In this document: in pieces, positions 9,262 through 18,989 of the stretch
Numbering within the stretch: position 1 is the stretch's first letter
Layout of the letters: each line of letters starts with the position of its first letter
From: Alphaproteobacteria bacterium
Lineage (GTDB): Bacteria > Pseudomonadota > Alphaproteobacteria > JAGOMX01
Length of the DNA: 64,000 nucleotides
Assembly: GCA_041738135.1 (NCBI GenBank)
Contig: JBGSQK010000046.1
Span: 390 to 64,389 of the forward strand
Direction: 5' to 3'
Program-made: the position numbers and the translations under genes
The notes under the pieces: model-generated
What the model saw: only the letters and a program-made list of their open reading frames with translations
Told to the model about the DNA's origin: nothing
Databases searched by the model: none

Positions 9262-10326
9262 ATGCGTCACCTAAAAATACTCTTTGCGATAGCAACGATT
9301 TTTTCACTGGCCCAGCCAGCGCTCAGCAGCCCTGAGAATCTTCCTGACGAATCACTGAAAAGCACGCAGGATAGAGAAGTAGAAGTTTTATCAGCTGAAG
9401 ACCAACTTCCGTTATCTGGCGAAATGATGGCGCATGTATTAAGTGTGAGAAACCTCCCTGATGCTAAAGATGCTGCACTGGTATGCCGGCAATTTTATAA
9501 AGCGGTCCTTCATAGGGGACATGTAAAATTTGCACGCCTTAAAGAAATAGAGAAGATGGCCGATGTGCAAGCATTTCTCATGAAGTACCGCAGGTTACTA
9601 AGCTTGGATGTCAGCAGGTTGGAGGCATTAACCCTGAGGGATGTGGTTGTGACAGCTCGCCATATGACCAATCTGCATAGCATAACGTTGTCCGCAGAAC
9701 AAATCCCAGATACAGATCTCAGGTGGGGACAATTAAAAATTTGTTATACGGGAGTAGGTGAAAGCCGAAGGGCAAACCCCGAACTTTCCTGGTATTCGAG
9801 TAAATGGTCAGCCGTATTAGAAATTGAAGGATACTCATACAAGGCCATCGAAGTACTTGCCCTTGGCCCACCTCTTAAATCCATCGCTCTATCTCGCAAT
9901 AGATATTCTCAACAGCAACTTGCTAACATAGCTAGACTATGCCCGCATATTGAAACTCTCCGAATTGGTGGGTTGGGCTGTTCAATTGTTAATCTAGATA
10001 GCCCCAGCGCATTTGCGAGAACAGAGGATGTGCTCAACTACTTCCCGGTTCTTAATACACTTATTCTCTGCGATCAATATGACTGTAGAAGAGTGCCTAT
10101 GGATTTTTGGACGTGGGTCAGAGATAGAGCCGCATGTCTTGACCTCTCCAATGCACACGGAATGAGTCTGGCCAATCTTGTGGAGGTCTTAAAATCTGAT
10201 ATCCTGGAATGCTTAATTCTGCTTGAAGACCAAACGCTGCAACGGGGACTGACCGCTGCATTTCCCCATAAGAAGATACTGTTCAAAGAAAAACCAGTTG
10301 CCAAGGGGCTGTTTGATGAAATGTAA
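9262..10326 (+). CDS. Secreted F-box-like / leucine-rich-repeat protein. The ORF track starts it at 9232; the likely start is MRHLK at 9262.
   Basis: Signal peptide MRHLKILFAIATIFSLAQPALS. The stretch LSGEMMAHVLSVRNLPDAKDAALVCRQFYKAV is F-box-like. The downstream LxxLxLxx-type repeats (LSLDVSRLEALTLRDV, HSITLSAEQIPD, LKSIALSRNRYS) are LRR-like. Confidence 0.45.
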   Translation: MRHLKILFAIATIFSLAQPALSSPENLPDESLKSTQDREVEVLSAEDQLPLSGEMMAHVLSVRNLPDAKDAALVCRQFYKAVLHRGHVKFARLKEIEKMADVQAFLMKYRRLLSLDVSRLEALTLRDVVVTARHMTNLHSITLSAEQIPDTDLRWGQLKICYTGVGESRRANPELSWYSSKWSAVLEIEGYSYKAIEVLALGPPLKSIALSRNRYSQQQLANIARLCPHIETLRIGGLGCSIVNLDSPSAFARTEDVLNYFPVLNTLILCDQYDCRRVPMDFWTWVRDRAACLDLSNAHGMSLANLVEVLKSDILECLILLEDQTLQRGLTAAFPHKKILFKEKPVAKGLFDEM

Positions 10327-10348
10327 ATTTAAACCAAAGGAGAGTAAA

Positions 10349-11305
10349 ATGAAGACTTGGGTGATTTTAATTTTGTTACTGGTGAGCAATGGTAAAAGCA
10401 TCGCGTCTGACAATGACCTCCTAGAAGATGGGAGGGGTGTGCACCGCCTAATACCCGTTAGCGCTTATGAACGCAATACTTATGAAGACAGTCCGTTCGT
10501 GAAAGAGGACGTTGTTCTTCCCATTAAGCCGCAATCAAAATCACATTTGCACTGTTGTAGAACAGAGCGAGGTAAAGCAGTTCTTAGCAGCTTGGGACGC
10601 ATTACGCCTTCTCTGGCTATGGCGACGACAGGTGTTATCCTTTTGGAACTGGCCAAACAACAGTACCTAGAGGCGGAAGTGTTCCAGGCTTTGCCAAGAA
10701 TGCTCATACAAAATTATAATAAATTTTTCTTCCCCACGTCTTTGTTTAGCAGTCAAAATGTTGGCCAGATCACTGCTTTTTCGATGACTTTGTACGAAGC
10801 AATCAACATAACTGCTCTGTGGGTGCCTACAGCTGTTGTTACCGTAGGTGAATGTATAAAGATGAAATATTGTCGCTATGAGAACTACCCTGATAATACG
10901 AACGCTAATGCGGTTAAAATGCGAATGATTATGAAAGGTCTTGCCATGGGTACCATTTCCATTGGTGGCACTGTTTACCTTATGTTGAACTATAATTTCT
11001 GGGGCAAGCTTTTCAATCAGAACACGCCGAGAGTCCTAGAACAGTTCAATCTTACTGGCGCCATAGAGCTTTGCAAGAAACTACCGGATCTAGGTTTATC
11101 CTCAAAAATGAGCCCGTACGATTTTTTAACGAGGCAATGTAGCGCGTCTCTCTTGAAGGACTTGCTAGTTCCTAGCAGGAACGGTCTGCCGTGGAGCTAT
11201 TGCGAACGCGTTTTAACAGGCCTTTCGGTCGGCAATTACATCACGCTAACTGTACCTCTTTTGCTGATGTTCTTGAATATGCTGTACTTTGTGGCGTGGA
11301 TTTAA
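10349..11305 (+). CDS. Hypothetical membrane/secreted protein. The start is taken at MKTWVILILLL with the good RBS aaggagag; the ORF track starts at 10298.
   Basis: Complete ORF with a hydrophobic N-terminus and C-terminus. I recognise no conserved domain. Confidence 0.4.
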   Translation: MKTWVILILLLVSNGKSIASDNDLLEDGRGVHRLIPVSAYERNTYEDSPFVKEDVVLPIKPQSKSHLHCCRTERGKAVLSSLGRITPSLAMATTGVILLELAKQQYLEAEVFQALPRMLIQNYNKFFFPTSLFSSQNVGQITAFSMTLYEAINITALWVPTAVVTVGECIKMKYCRYENYPDNTNANAVKMRMIMKGLAMGTISIGGTVYLMLNYNFWGKLFNQNTPRVLEQFNLTGAIELCKKLPDLGLSSKMSPYDFLTRQCSASLLKDLLVPSRNGLPWSYCERVLTGLSVGNYITLTVPLLLMFLNMLYFVAWI

Positions 11306-12439
11306 TCAGGCATTAATTTTCCCACTCTCCCGTGTTTCCCCGGCCTTGAGCCTGGAAGCACGGGGAAGCAGCAGAGTACTCACCCCACAGGACACTTCAT
11401 CAGCAATTAAACGAGTAGCATCGCCTTGCCCTAAAGATTTTATAGCCGCTGCGGCGTAGGTTAGGACGGTTGGCTTCTGTGACAACTGAGTCAACATTTT
11501 CACTAACTTTTCAGGACTGAATTCTTGTTGCGGGACAAGCCAACCCCCTTGGTTTGAGACCACGTATCTGGCGTTACTTGTTTGGTGGTCATCCATGGCA
11601 GCTGGATAAGGAACAAAGACGGCCGGTCGGCCAGCGGTAGTGAGTTCGGCTACGGTGGAGGCGCCCGAACGGGTGATGACCAGATGGGCTTTGGCAATCT
11701 CACTTGCAATGTTCTCAAAAAATGGCGCTAAGGTCGCGTTTATGCCTAGGGATTCATACTGCTGACGGACTGTTTCTATGTCTTCTTTAAAACACTGTTG
11801 TACTATCAGGAATTTCTTGCGGATATCTGTGGGCATCAGCGAAAAAGCCGCAGGGACAACTTTTGAGAATATGGACGCGCCCTGGCTGCCCCCTAAGATT
11901 AATAAACGGAATTGAGAATCGGGTTGCTCGTAAAGTGAGTCTCGTATAGGACGTATTTCATTGCGCACCGGTAGCCCCACCATGCGCGCTTTTTCATTGG
12001 CATAGATCGTATGCGGAAAGCTGGTCATGACGGTAGTAGCTCCGCCCGATAGCCACCTGTTGACCTTACCCATGACGGAGTTTTGTTCGTGGATGTAATA
12101 AGGCACACGAAAAATCCGAGCTGATAGTAAAACAGGGTATGTCACATAGCCACCAAAGCCAATAACTTTTTCAGGTCTGGAGCGGATGAAGTAGACTAGA
12201 CATCCAGCTGTAAGCCGAATCATTTGCCAGATCGCCAACGGCAAGCGAGGGATAGTTCGACGCCCTAAGACGGATAGATTGAAAACGGATTTGGATAACT
12301 CAGATGACAGATATCGAGAACCTCTTTCATCAGTGATGAAATGGATTTGGTCGCCTTGTTCAGCGAGTTCTGCTGCCACTGCAACTGCTGGAAACATGTG
12401 ACCTCCAGTACCACCACAAGCAAATAGCACCCGGCTCAT
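11306..12439 (-). CDS. murG: MurG, undecaprenyldiphospho-muramoylpentapeptide beta-N-acetylglucosaminyltransferase
   Basis: N-terminal MSRVLFACGGTGGHMFPAVAVAAEL (the G-loop of MurG). It sits in the dcw cluster after ftsW. Its C-terminal roughly 15 codons overlap a C-family repeat remnant at 11329-11365. Confidence 0.9.
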   Translation of the reverse strand: MSRVLFACGGTGGHMFPAVAVAAELAEQGDQIHFITDERGSRYLSSELSKSVFNLSVLGRRTIPRLPLAIWQMIRLTAGCLVYFIRSRPEKVIGFGGYVTYPVLLSARIFRVPYYIHEQNSVMGKVNRWLSGGATTVMTSFPHTIYANEKARMVGLPVRNEIRPIRDSLYEQPDSQFRLLILGGSQGASIFSKVVPAAFSLMPTDIRKKFLIVQQCFKEDIETVRQQYESLGINATLAPFFENIASEIAKAHLVITRSGASTVAELTTAGRPAVFVPYPAAMDDHQTSNARYVVSNQGGWLVPQQEFSPEKLVKMLTQLSQKPTVLTYAAAAIKSLGQGDATRLIADEVSCGVSTLLLPRASRLKAGETRESGKINA

Positions 12440-13572
12440 AAACGGTCCCCATCATAGTGATGACGCGTAAGCGCCAACACCATACCCATGGAAATGGCCA
12501 AGGCTAAAATGGAGGAGCCACCGTAGCTGAGGAAAGGTAGAGTCATACCTTTGGTAGGAATTAAATTCATGGTGGACGCCATGTTGATCAGAGACTGAAT
12601 GCCGAACTGTAACACCAATCCGCCCACGGCCAATATGGCAAAAAAGTTGTCTTGATGGAACACACGAATGAGACTGCGAATCACTACGAACAGAAATATC
12701 ATGACCAGAATCAGGCAAAAAATCAGGCCAAACTCTTCGGCTGCTACAGCGAATACAAAGTCGGCGTGAGCGTCCGGGATGAAGCGCTTGACAATACCCT
12801 CTCCAGGCCCCTGCCCCATCAAGCCGCCGCTCATGAAAGCTTCCAAGGATTGTGTGATTTGGTACTTATCGCCGAATTTATCACCCGCATCTCCGTTGAG
12901 AAAGCCGTCTATACGTTTGGTGACGTGAGGCAGGAAGAAGTAGGCAAAACCGAGCCCTGATGCACCTAATGCACCTGCTATAAAAACCCAAACCATGGAA
13001 AGACCGGCTAGAAATAGTTGCGAGAACCAAACCAAGGTGATCAACACCACCATGCCGATATCTGGTTGTAATAATAAAAGTGTTAGGGATAACCCGTATA
13101 CCAGAAAGCTGATGAGCGCGCCGGGAAACTCGGGAAACAAACGTTTTTCAGAAAGCATCCAAGCGGTAATCACGGCAAAGCCAGGCTTGAGGAGCTCGGA
13201 TGGTTGAATAGACATACCTGCAAAGGAGATCCAACGACGAGCACCTTTGATTTCACTCCCCATAAAGAGGGTCATGAGAACCAGGACAACGCTGGTAATG
13301 AATAGGACTAAGGCTAACCGCCGGATATTTCTTGGACTAAGTAATGATACGGCCACCAGGCAGAAAATGGACGGCACCAAATAGGCCGTGTGTCGAATGA
13401 CAAAATAATAGGAGTTTATGTTCAAAGTACTGGCTACCGAAGGACTAGCTGCAAAAGACATGAGTAAACCCAGAACCATGAGCAAGCAAATGGCCGACAA
13501 TATCCAGCGATCAACGGTCCACCACCATTGGCCAATTAAGCTGCGATCGTTGCGTGAGATTGTGGTTTGCAC
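12436..13572 (-). CDS. ftsW: FtsW, peptidoglycan glycosyltransferase (SEDS family)
   Basis: 378-aa polytopic membrane protein between murD and murG, with a SEDS-like C-terminus (...NLIPTKGMTLPFLSYGGSS...). Confidence 0.85.
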   Translation of the reverse strand: MQTTISRNDRSLIGQWWWTVDRWILSAICLLMVLGLLMSFAASPSVASTLNINSYYFVIRHTAYLVPSIFCLVAVSLLSPRNIRRLALVLFITSVVLVLMTLFMGSEIKGARRWISFAGMSIQPSELLKPGFAVITAWMLSEKRLFPEFPGALISFLVYGLSLTLLLLQPDIGMVVLITLVWFSQLFLAGLSMVWVFIAGALGASGLGFAYFFLPHVTKRIDGFLNGDAGDKFGDKYQITQSLEAFMSGGLMGQGPGEGIVKRFIPDAHADFVFAVAAEEFGLIFCLILVMIFLFVVIRSLIRVFHQDNFFAILAVGGLVLQFGIQSLINMASTMNLIPTKGMTLPFLSYGGSSILALAISMGMVLALTRHHYDGDRL

Positions 13573-15006
13573 TTATGCCACCTCGAGAACTGTTTTGCCG
13601 CGTGCTTTTTGCTTTGGCCCCACATGCAGACCAGGTAAATCCCGAACCAACTGGCAAAAGACATCACCGCGGGCTTCGAAGTTGTCGAACTGATCAAAAC
13701 TGGCACAGCAAGGACTTAACAAAACTGTAGGTTTGGCAATGCCACTGGCTAATGCCGCGTTACGGGCATCATGAACGGCTTGTTCCAGATCCCCTGATTC
13801 CACATACGGAACACCTGCTGATTCCAGGATTTGAGCAAAAGTCTCAATGGCCTCACCGATTAAAAATGCTTTGCGAATCTTTGGGAAATAATCAGATAAG
13901 GCGGTCAGGCTTTCACCTTTTAAACGGCCACCGAGAATCCAGAATATATTATCAAAATTGTTCAGCGCTTCCTTAGCAGAAGCCATGTTGGTGGCCTTGC
14001 TGTCATTGATGTACATAGTGTCATCAATGGTGCTTACCAATTGTTGGCGATGGGCAAGTCCTTCGAAAGAACGGATGTTTTCCATGATCATGGTGCGACT
14101 GAAACCTAAATGGCGACAAACCGCGTAGGCGGCACAAATGTTCTGCCAATGGAGTCCAGGCGCAAAACCTGAGGCTGTGGATGAATCCAGTACAACACCT
14201 TGGTTGTCAAAAGCATCGTCCACAAATACGCCGTCTTTGTAATAGATACCGCCCTTAACTTTTTTGCGGGATGAGATTCCTACCACATTAGCTACACGTG
14301 TTGCTTTCAATCGATTGTAGATGCGCTGACTTCTGGCATCATCCAATCCAATGACAGCTACACTTCCTGGAAGTTGGTTTTGGAATAGCATTTCTTTGGC
14401 GGCCACGTAGCCTTCCATGCTGCCATGACGATCCAGATGGTCTGGAGTAATATTAAGCAATACGGCTGCATCAAAACGGATGGAACGGGTTAATTCATTT
14501 AAATACGAGGACATCTCTAGCACGTAAAAGCCATCGGCAGCAAGCGGCTCTAATGTGAGAACGGGGATGCCTATGTTACCCCCTACTTCTACATCCTGGC
14601 GAGCGCTTTTTAATATGTGACCGATCAGCGCTGTTGTGGTGGATTTACCATTGGTTCCCGTAATACCGATGTATTTGGCGGCTGTCTGCGTACGGCCGAG
14701 CAAATCCACGTCTGAAATCAAGGGCACACCGGCGTTCTTGGCTTTCAGTGCCACCGGATGAGGTTCAGGGAATGTGTGGGGAATTCCGGGGCTGATCACA
14801 AGCGCTGAAACGGATTTCCAGTCAAGTAGGAATGGGTCTGTAACTTGCAAGTCCAGGTTGCGGGCTTCTGTGCGCAAAGCGGAGTTGTCATCCCACACAT
14901 GCACGCGCCCACCGCCAGCCTGGATGGCTCTGGCTGCAGCTTTACCTGTGCGGCCCATGCCCAAAACCACGACGGTTTGTCCTGCAAAGCATTCTACGAT
15001 AATCAC
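13573..15006 (-). CDS. murD: MurD, UDP-N-acetylmuramoylalanine--D-glutamate ligase
   Basis: GITGTNGKSTTTALIGHIL ATP-binding motif of the Mur ligase family, and its position between mraY and ftsW. Confidence 0.9.
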   Translation of the reverse strand: MIIVECFAGQTVVVLGMGRTGKAAARAIQAGGGRVHVWDDNSALRTEARNLDLQVTDPFLLDWKSVSALVISPGIPHTFPEPHPVALKAKNAGVPLISDVDLLGRTQTAAKYIGITGTNGKSTTTALIGHILKSARQDVEVGGNIGIPVLTLEPLAADGFYVLEMSSYLNELTRSIRFDAAVLLNITPDHLDRHGSMEGYVAAKEMLFQNQLPGSVAVIGLDDARSQRIYNRLKATRVANVVGISSRKKVKGGIYYKDGVFVDDAFDNQGVVLDSSTASGFAPGLHWQNICAAYAVCRHLGFSRTMIMENIRSFEGLAHRQQLVSTIDDTMYINDSKATNMASAKEALNNFDNIFWILGGRLKGESLTALSDYFPKIRKAFLIGEAIETFAQILESAGVPYVESGDLEQAVHDARNAALASGIAKPTVLLSPCCASFDQFDNFEARGDVFCQLVRDLPGLHVGPKQKARGKTVLEVA

Positions 15007-15013
15007 GAAGCGT

Positions 15014-16102
15014 CTACCTCAGTTTCAGTGTTGAAAGTCCAATCAATGCCAATATGGCTGCGATGATCCAGAAGCGGATAACGATGGTTTGTTCCGCCCA
15101 CCCCTTTTTCTCGAAATGGTGGTGGATGGGGGCCATCAAAAATACACGGGTTCCGGTCATCTTGAAATACATCACTTGGATAATAACAGATAATGTTTCG
15201 ATCACAAACAGGCCACCGATGATGGCCAAAACCAGTTCGTGTTTGGTAATCACACTGATCATACCCAGCATACCGCCCACCGCTAGCGAGCCTGTGTCAC
15301 CCATGAAGACCATGGCTGGCGGGGCGTTGTACCAGAGGAATCCAAGCCCTGCACCTACCATGGCGCCACACAAAACGGCTATCTCGCCGCTGCCCACCAC
15401 ATGGTTGAGCTGCAAGTAACCAGCAAAGACACTGTTACCTACCAGATAAGCAATCAGGCCAAAACACATGGCGGCTATCATAACGGGAACTATGGCAAGG
15501 CCATCCAAACCATCGGTTAGGTTGACTGAGTTAGAAGCACCCACTACCACCATAACGGACCAGGGGACAAAAAACCAACCCATGGCTATAAAAGTGTTTT
15601 TAAGAACGGGCAAAGCTACGTTAGTGGCCAATTCAGGATCGGAAAGAGTTACAACGAAGTAAGTGGCTATCAACGAAATGGATACTTGGCCTAGAAGTTT
15701 AATCTTACCGGGCAGGCCTTTGGATGAGCGTTTTGTGAGTTTCAAATAATCGTCATAGGCGCCTAAGCCACCAAAACCAAGTGTTACGAGAAGCACAATC
15801 CATATGTAAGGATTCGTCAGATCTGCCCACAATAAGGTGGATATGGATAGCACTGCCAAGATCAAAGCGCCACCCATGGTTGGGGTTCCTTTTTTGGTGA
15901 TCAGATGACTGGCAGGCCCATCGTCACGGATGGGCTGGCCTTCTTTCTGCTTTTTCTTGAGCCAGGTGATAAATCTTGGACCTAAAAAAAAGCTGAGCAA
16001 TAACGCAGTCATAATCGCCCCGCCCGTACGGAAGGTGATGTACTTGAACACATTGAAGAAGGGCATGTGCGCTGAGAGAGGGTATAGTAAGTTATATAGC
16101 AT
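15014..16102 (-). CDS. mraY: MraY, phospho-N-acetylmuramoyl-pentapeptide transferase
   Basis: 362-aa membrane protein with typical MraY stretches ([23 protein letters not shown]). Confidence 0.9.
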   Translation of the reverse strand: MLYNLLYPLSAHMPFFNVFKYITFRTGGAIMTALLLSFFLGPRFITWLKKKQKEGQPIRDDGPASHLITKKGTPTMGGALILAVLSISTLLWADLTNPYIWIVLLVTLGFGGLGAYDDYLKLTKRSSKGLPGKIKLLGQVSISLIATYFVVTLSDPELATNVALPVLKNTFIAMGWFFVPWSVMVVVGASNSVNLTDGLDGLAIVPVMIAAMCFGLIAYLVGNSVFAGYLQLNHVVGSGEIAVLCGAMVGAGLGFLWYNAPPAMVFMGDTGSLAVGGMLGMISVITKHELVLAIIGGLFVIETLSVIIQVMYFKMTGTRVFLMAPIHHHFEKKGWAEQTIVIRFWIIAAILALIGLSTLKLR

Positions 16103-16110
16103 TTTGTATT

Positions 16111-17520
16111 CTACCCTAGTTTTTGATCTAGTTTAAGCAGCGATTCCACAACCGCATGCATACGACCCTGCGCCTGGTATCCGCCGCGGGAGCCTTTTAC
16201 CATATAGATGTCACCCGGCTTGGCCTGTTCACAGATCTTTTCCGCAAGCGACTTTGGGTCATCCATGTGACCGCCTTGTTTTTCTGGAGGCAGGACTTTA
16301 GCCAGCTCGGACATGCGTTCGCCGGAGGTAAATACCAGATCTATCTGATTAGAGAGAATGTAATCTTTAAGATTCTGATGTTCTTCTTTTTCACTGTCAC
16401 CCAGCTCGAGCATGTCGCCTAAAACAGCTATGCGTCTGCATTTTCCGTTTAAAGACGTTTTACGTAATACTTCGAAAGCCGCTCGCATGGAAACAGGGCC
16501 AGCATTATAGCTTTCATCGATAACGATGAGTTCTTGGTCTTCGGAGAGTTTCACATTGTGAATCTGGCCTCGTCCAGCAACGGCTTTGAAATCCTCTAGC
16601 CTAGCCGCCGCCTGAGCAGTATTGGCGCCCAAAGCATTGACTACAGCCAGGATGCCTAAACTATTCATGGCCCAATGGCTGCCGGCTAGATTTAGACGGT
16701 AAGTGAGTTTCTCGCCGCAGATATCGGCATGGATAATTTGGTGATCGCTAAATTCTTCACATTCGTACAGACGGACGTTGGCGTTTTTACCCGTGCCTAT
16801 TCGCCAGATTTCCCCGGCGTTTGAGTTTTGCGCGGCGGCTTCTAAAATTTCCGGTTGATTGGTATCCATGTTGATAATGGCGATGCCACCCGGTTGTAAG
16901 CCTTCGAAAATCTCAGTTTTGGCTTGGGCGATAGCTTCTTGTGAACCTAGCTTGCCTATGTGGATGGATTCGATATTGGTAATGTAGGCCACGTGAGGTT
17001 TGACCAAGTGGGTGTGGCCGGATATCTCGCCTTTGTTGTTCATGCCCATTTCCAAGATGCCGTAAACAGCGTCTTCGGGGAGCAAAGCTAATGCCAGTGG
17101 CAGTCCCCAGTGGTTGTTAAAACTGCGGGGCGTTGCGTGGGTTAGGGCTTGGTCGCTGAGTACAAAATTCAGGGCTTCCTTTGTGCTGGTTTTACCTACG
17201 CTGCCGGTGATACCTGCTATTTTAGCGGATGTTCTTGAGCGAGCCGCGTTGGCTAATTGCCGTAAGCCTTCGAGCACATCAGGTACCACGATTTGGGGGA
17301 AATCAGAAACGCCTGGGACCAGATGATCCACTAGAGCAGCAGAAGCACCGGCTTTTGCGGCGGCCACCACATGGTCGTGACCGTCTTGCTTTAGTCCTTT
17401 TAAGGCAACATAAATCTCTTGGGGTTGCAGGGTGCGAGTATCTATGGAAATGCCCTTAGCTTGCCATTCTTGTGGCAACTTAGCATTGAATAAACTATTA
17501 ATCTCGTTAGCGTTCCACAT
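16111..17520 (-). CDS. murF: MurF, UDP-MurNAc-tripeptide--D-alanyl-D-alanine ligase
   Basis: [14 protein letters not shown]-loop, Mur ligase architecture, and its position between murE and mraY. Confidence 0.85.
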   Translation of the reverse strand: MWNANEINSLFNAKLPQEWQAKGISIDTRTLQPQEIYVALKGLKQDGHDHVVAAAKAGASAALVDHLVPGVSDFPQIVVPDVLEGLRQLANAARSRTSAKIAGITGSVGKTSTKEALNFVLSDQALTHATPRSFNNHWGLPLALALLPEDAVYGILEMGMNNKGEISGHTHLVKPHVAYITNIESIHIGKLGSQEAIAQAKTEIFEGLQPGGIAIINMDTNQPEILEAAAQNSNAGEIWRIGTGKNANVRLYECEEFSDHQIIHADICGEKLTYRLNLAGSHWAMNSLGILAVVNALGANTAQAAARLEDFKAVAGRGQIHNVKLSEDQELIVIDESYNAGPVSMRAAFEVLRKTSLNGKCRRIAVLGDMLELGDSEKEEHQNLKDYILSNQIDLVFTSGERMSELAKVLPPEKQGGHMDDPKSLAEKICEQAKPGDIYMVKGSRGGYQAQGRMHAVVESLLKLDQKLG

Positions 17521-17522
17521 TT

Positions 17523-18989
17523 TTATTCCATATTCCCTAAGGCTTGCTCAGCAACCGTTACATCATTAAATGGTTGTACCTGGTTTCCCACAATTTGACC
17601 AGTCTCATGTCCTTTACCGGCAATGAGCAAAATGTCGTTCGGTTGCAGTTCGTTTATGGCAGCCATGATCGCTTCTTCTCGGTTGGCGATTTCTCTGCCC
17701 TGCGGGCAAGCCCGCATAATTTCTTGCCGTATGGTAGTGGCATCTTCCGAACGGGGATTATCGTCGGTTACGAAAATGATGTCAGCCAGTTCGGATGCCA
17801 CTTTACCCATCAAGGGCCTTTTGAAAGGGTCGCGGTTACCGCCGCAACCGAAGATCACGAGCAACCGTCCTTTTGTATGTGGTCTTAAGGCTTGCAACGC
17901 CGTGGCGAGAGCATCAGGGGTGTGAGCATAGTCCACGTAGACCTGGCTACCTACTTTTTGCAAGCGTCCGGGAACGGATTTAAGTTGAGATAAACTGGCA
18001 ACAGCCCGTGCCTCATCGACACCCGTCAAAATTGCATTGGCCAAGGCACATATGGCATTGGAGACCTGAAAGCCACCAATGAGTGGGAAGTTGAATTGAT
18101 ATTGCTTGCCTAGTGCGGAGAGGGATACATCTAGTCCTTGTTCGTGCATCGCGTCAACCTGGTATGAAAAATCTGCGTCGTGGGTGCCATAAGTTATAAC
18201 TCGAACCGAACGCGCTTTTAAGAGCTCTCTCAATTGTGTGGAAGCTGGATCATCTCTATTCAAGACTGCCATACCGGTTTGGGGTAGTAGGTCCGTAAAC
18301 AAACGGGCTTTGGCCTGGAAATAGTTGGCAGCATCCTTATGATAATCCAGATGATCGTGGGTTAGGTTTGTGAATGATGCCACTTGCACACTAACCCCAT
18401 CCATCCGATGTTGAGCAAGGGCATGGCTGGATGATTCCATGGCCAGATAGTCGATCTTGTTTTCTGCAAGTTGCTGGAGGGTTTGATGCAAAATAATTGC
18501 ATCGGGTGTAGTAGCTCCGGCTATTCCTGCATATTGATTATTCTGACTGTCCTGCACGCCGATGGTTCCCATACGTGCGCATTTGTAATTGGCTTGATTC
18601 CACAATTGGAAAATGAAATCAACGGTTGAGGATTTTCCATTGGTGCCGGTCACAGCTACCACGTTCTGGGGTTGTTTCGGATAAAAAGCTTTGGCCAGTT
18701 TAGACAAGACTTCGTGAGGGTTTTCCACCTGAACCCAATATTTTTCTGCAGAGAGGTTTTGCGGGACAGACTCTTTAGAAATGATAAATTGCGCTCCAGC
18801 TGTGATGGCTTGATTGATATACTGCTCGCCGCCAGCTTTACCTTCCCAAACGGAGGGCAGTGCCACAAATGCGCAACCTGGCGTTACTCCGCGGGAGTTC
18901 ACCGTCAAACCTGTCACAGTTGACGTAAATGGCAAATTGCCCTTGTGGTTCAAAGGCTTTGCTATCTGAAGGAGTTGGTCTAGTTGCAT
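17523..18989 (-). CDS. murE: MurE, UDP-MurNAc-L-Ala-D-Glu--2,6-diaminopimelate ligase
   Basis: VTGTNGKSSTV P-loop and a C-terminal DDNPR motif characteristic of MurE; it sits between ftsI and murF. Confidence 0.85.
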   Translation of the reverse strand: MQLDQLLQIAKPLNHKGNLPFTSTVTGLTVNSRGVTPGCAFVALPSVWEGKAGGEQYINQAITAGAQFIISKESVPQNLSAEKYWVQVENPHEVLSKLAKAFYPKQPQNVVAVTGTNGKSSTVDFIFQLWNQANYKCARMGTIGVQDSQNNQYAGIAGATTPDAIILHQTLQQLAENKIDYLAMESSSHALAQHRMDGVSVQVASFTNLTHDHLDYHKDAANYFQAKARLFTDLLPQTGMAVLNRDDPASTQLRELLKARSVRVITYGTHDADFSYQVDAMHEQGLDVSLSALGKQYQFNFPLIGGFQVSNAICALANAILTGVDEARAVASLSQLKSVPGRLQKVGSQVYVDYAHTPDALATALQALRPHTKGRLLVIFGCGGNRDPFKRPLMGKVASELADIIFVTDDNPRSEDATTIRQEIMRACPQGREIANREEAIMAAINELQPNDILLIAGKGHETGQIVGNQVQPFNDVTVAEQALGNME

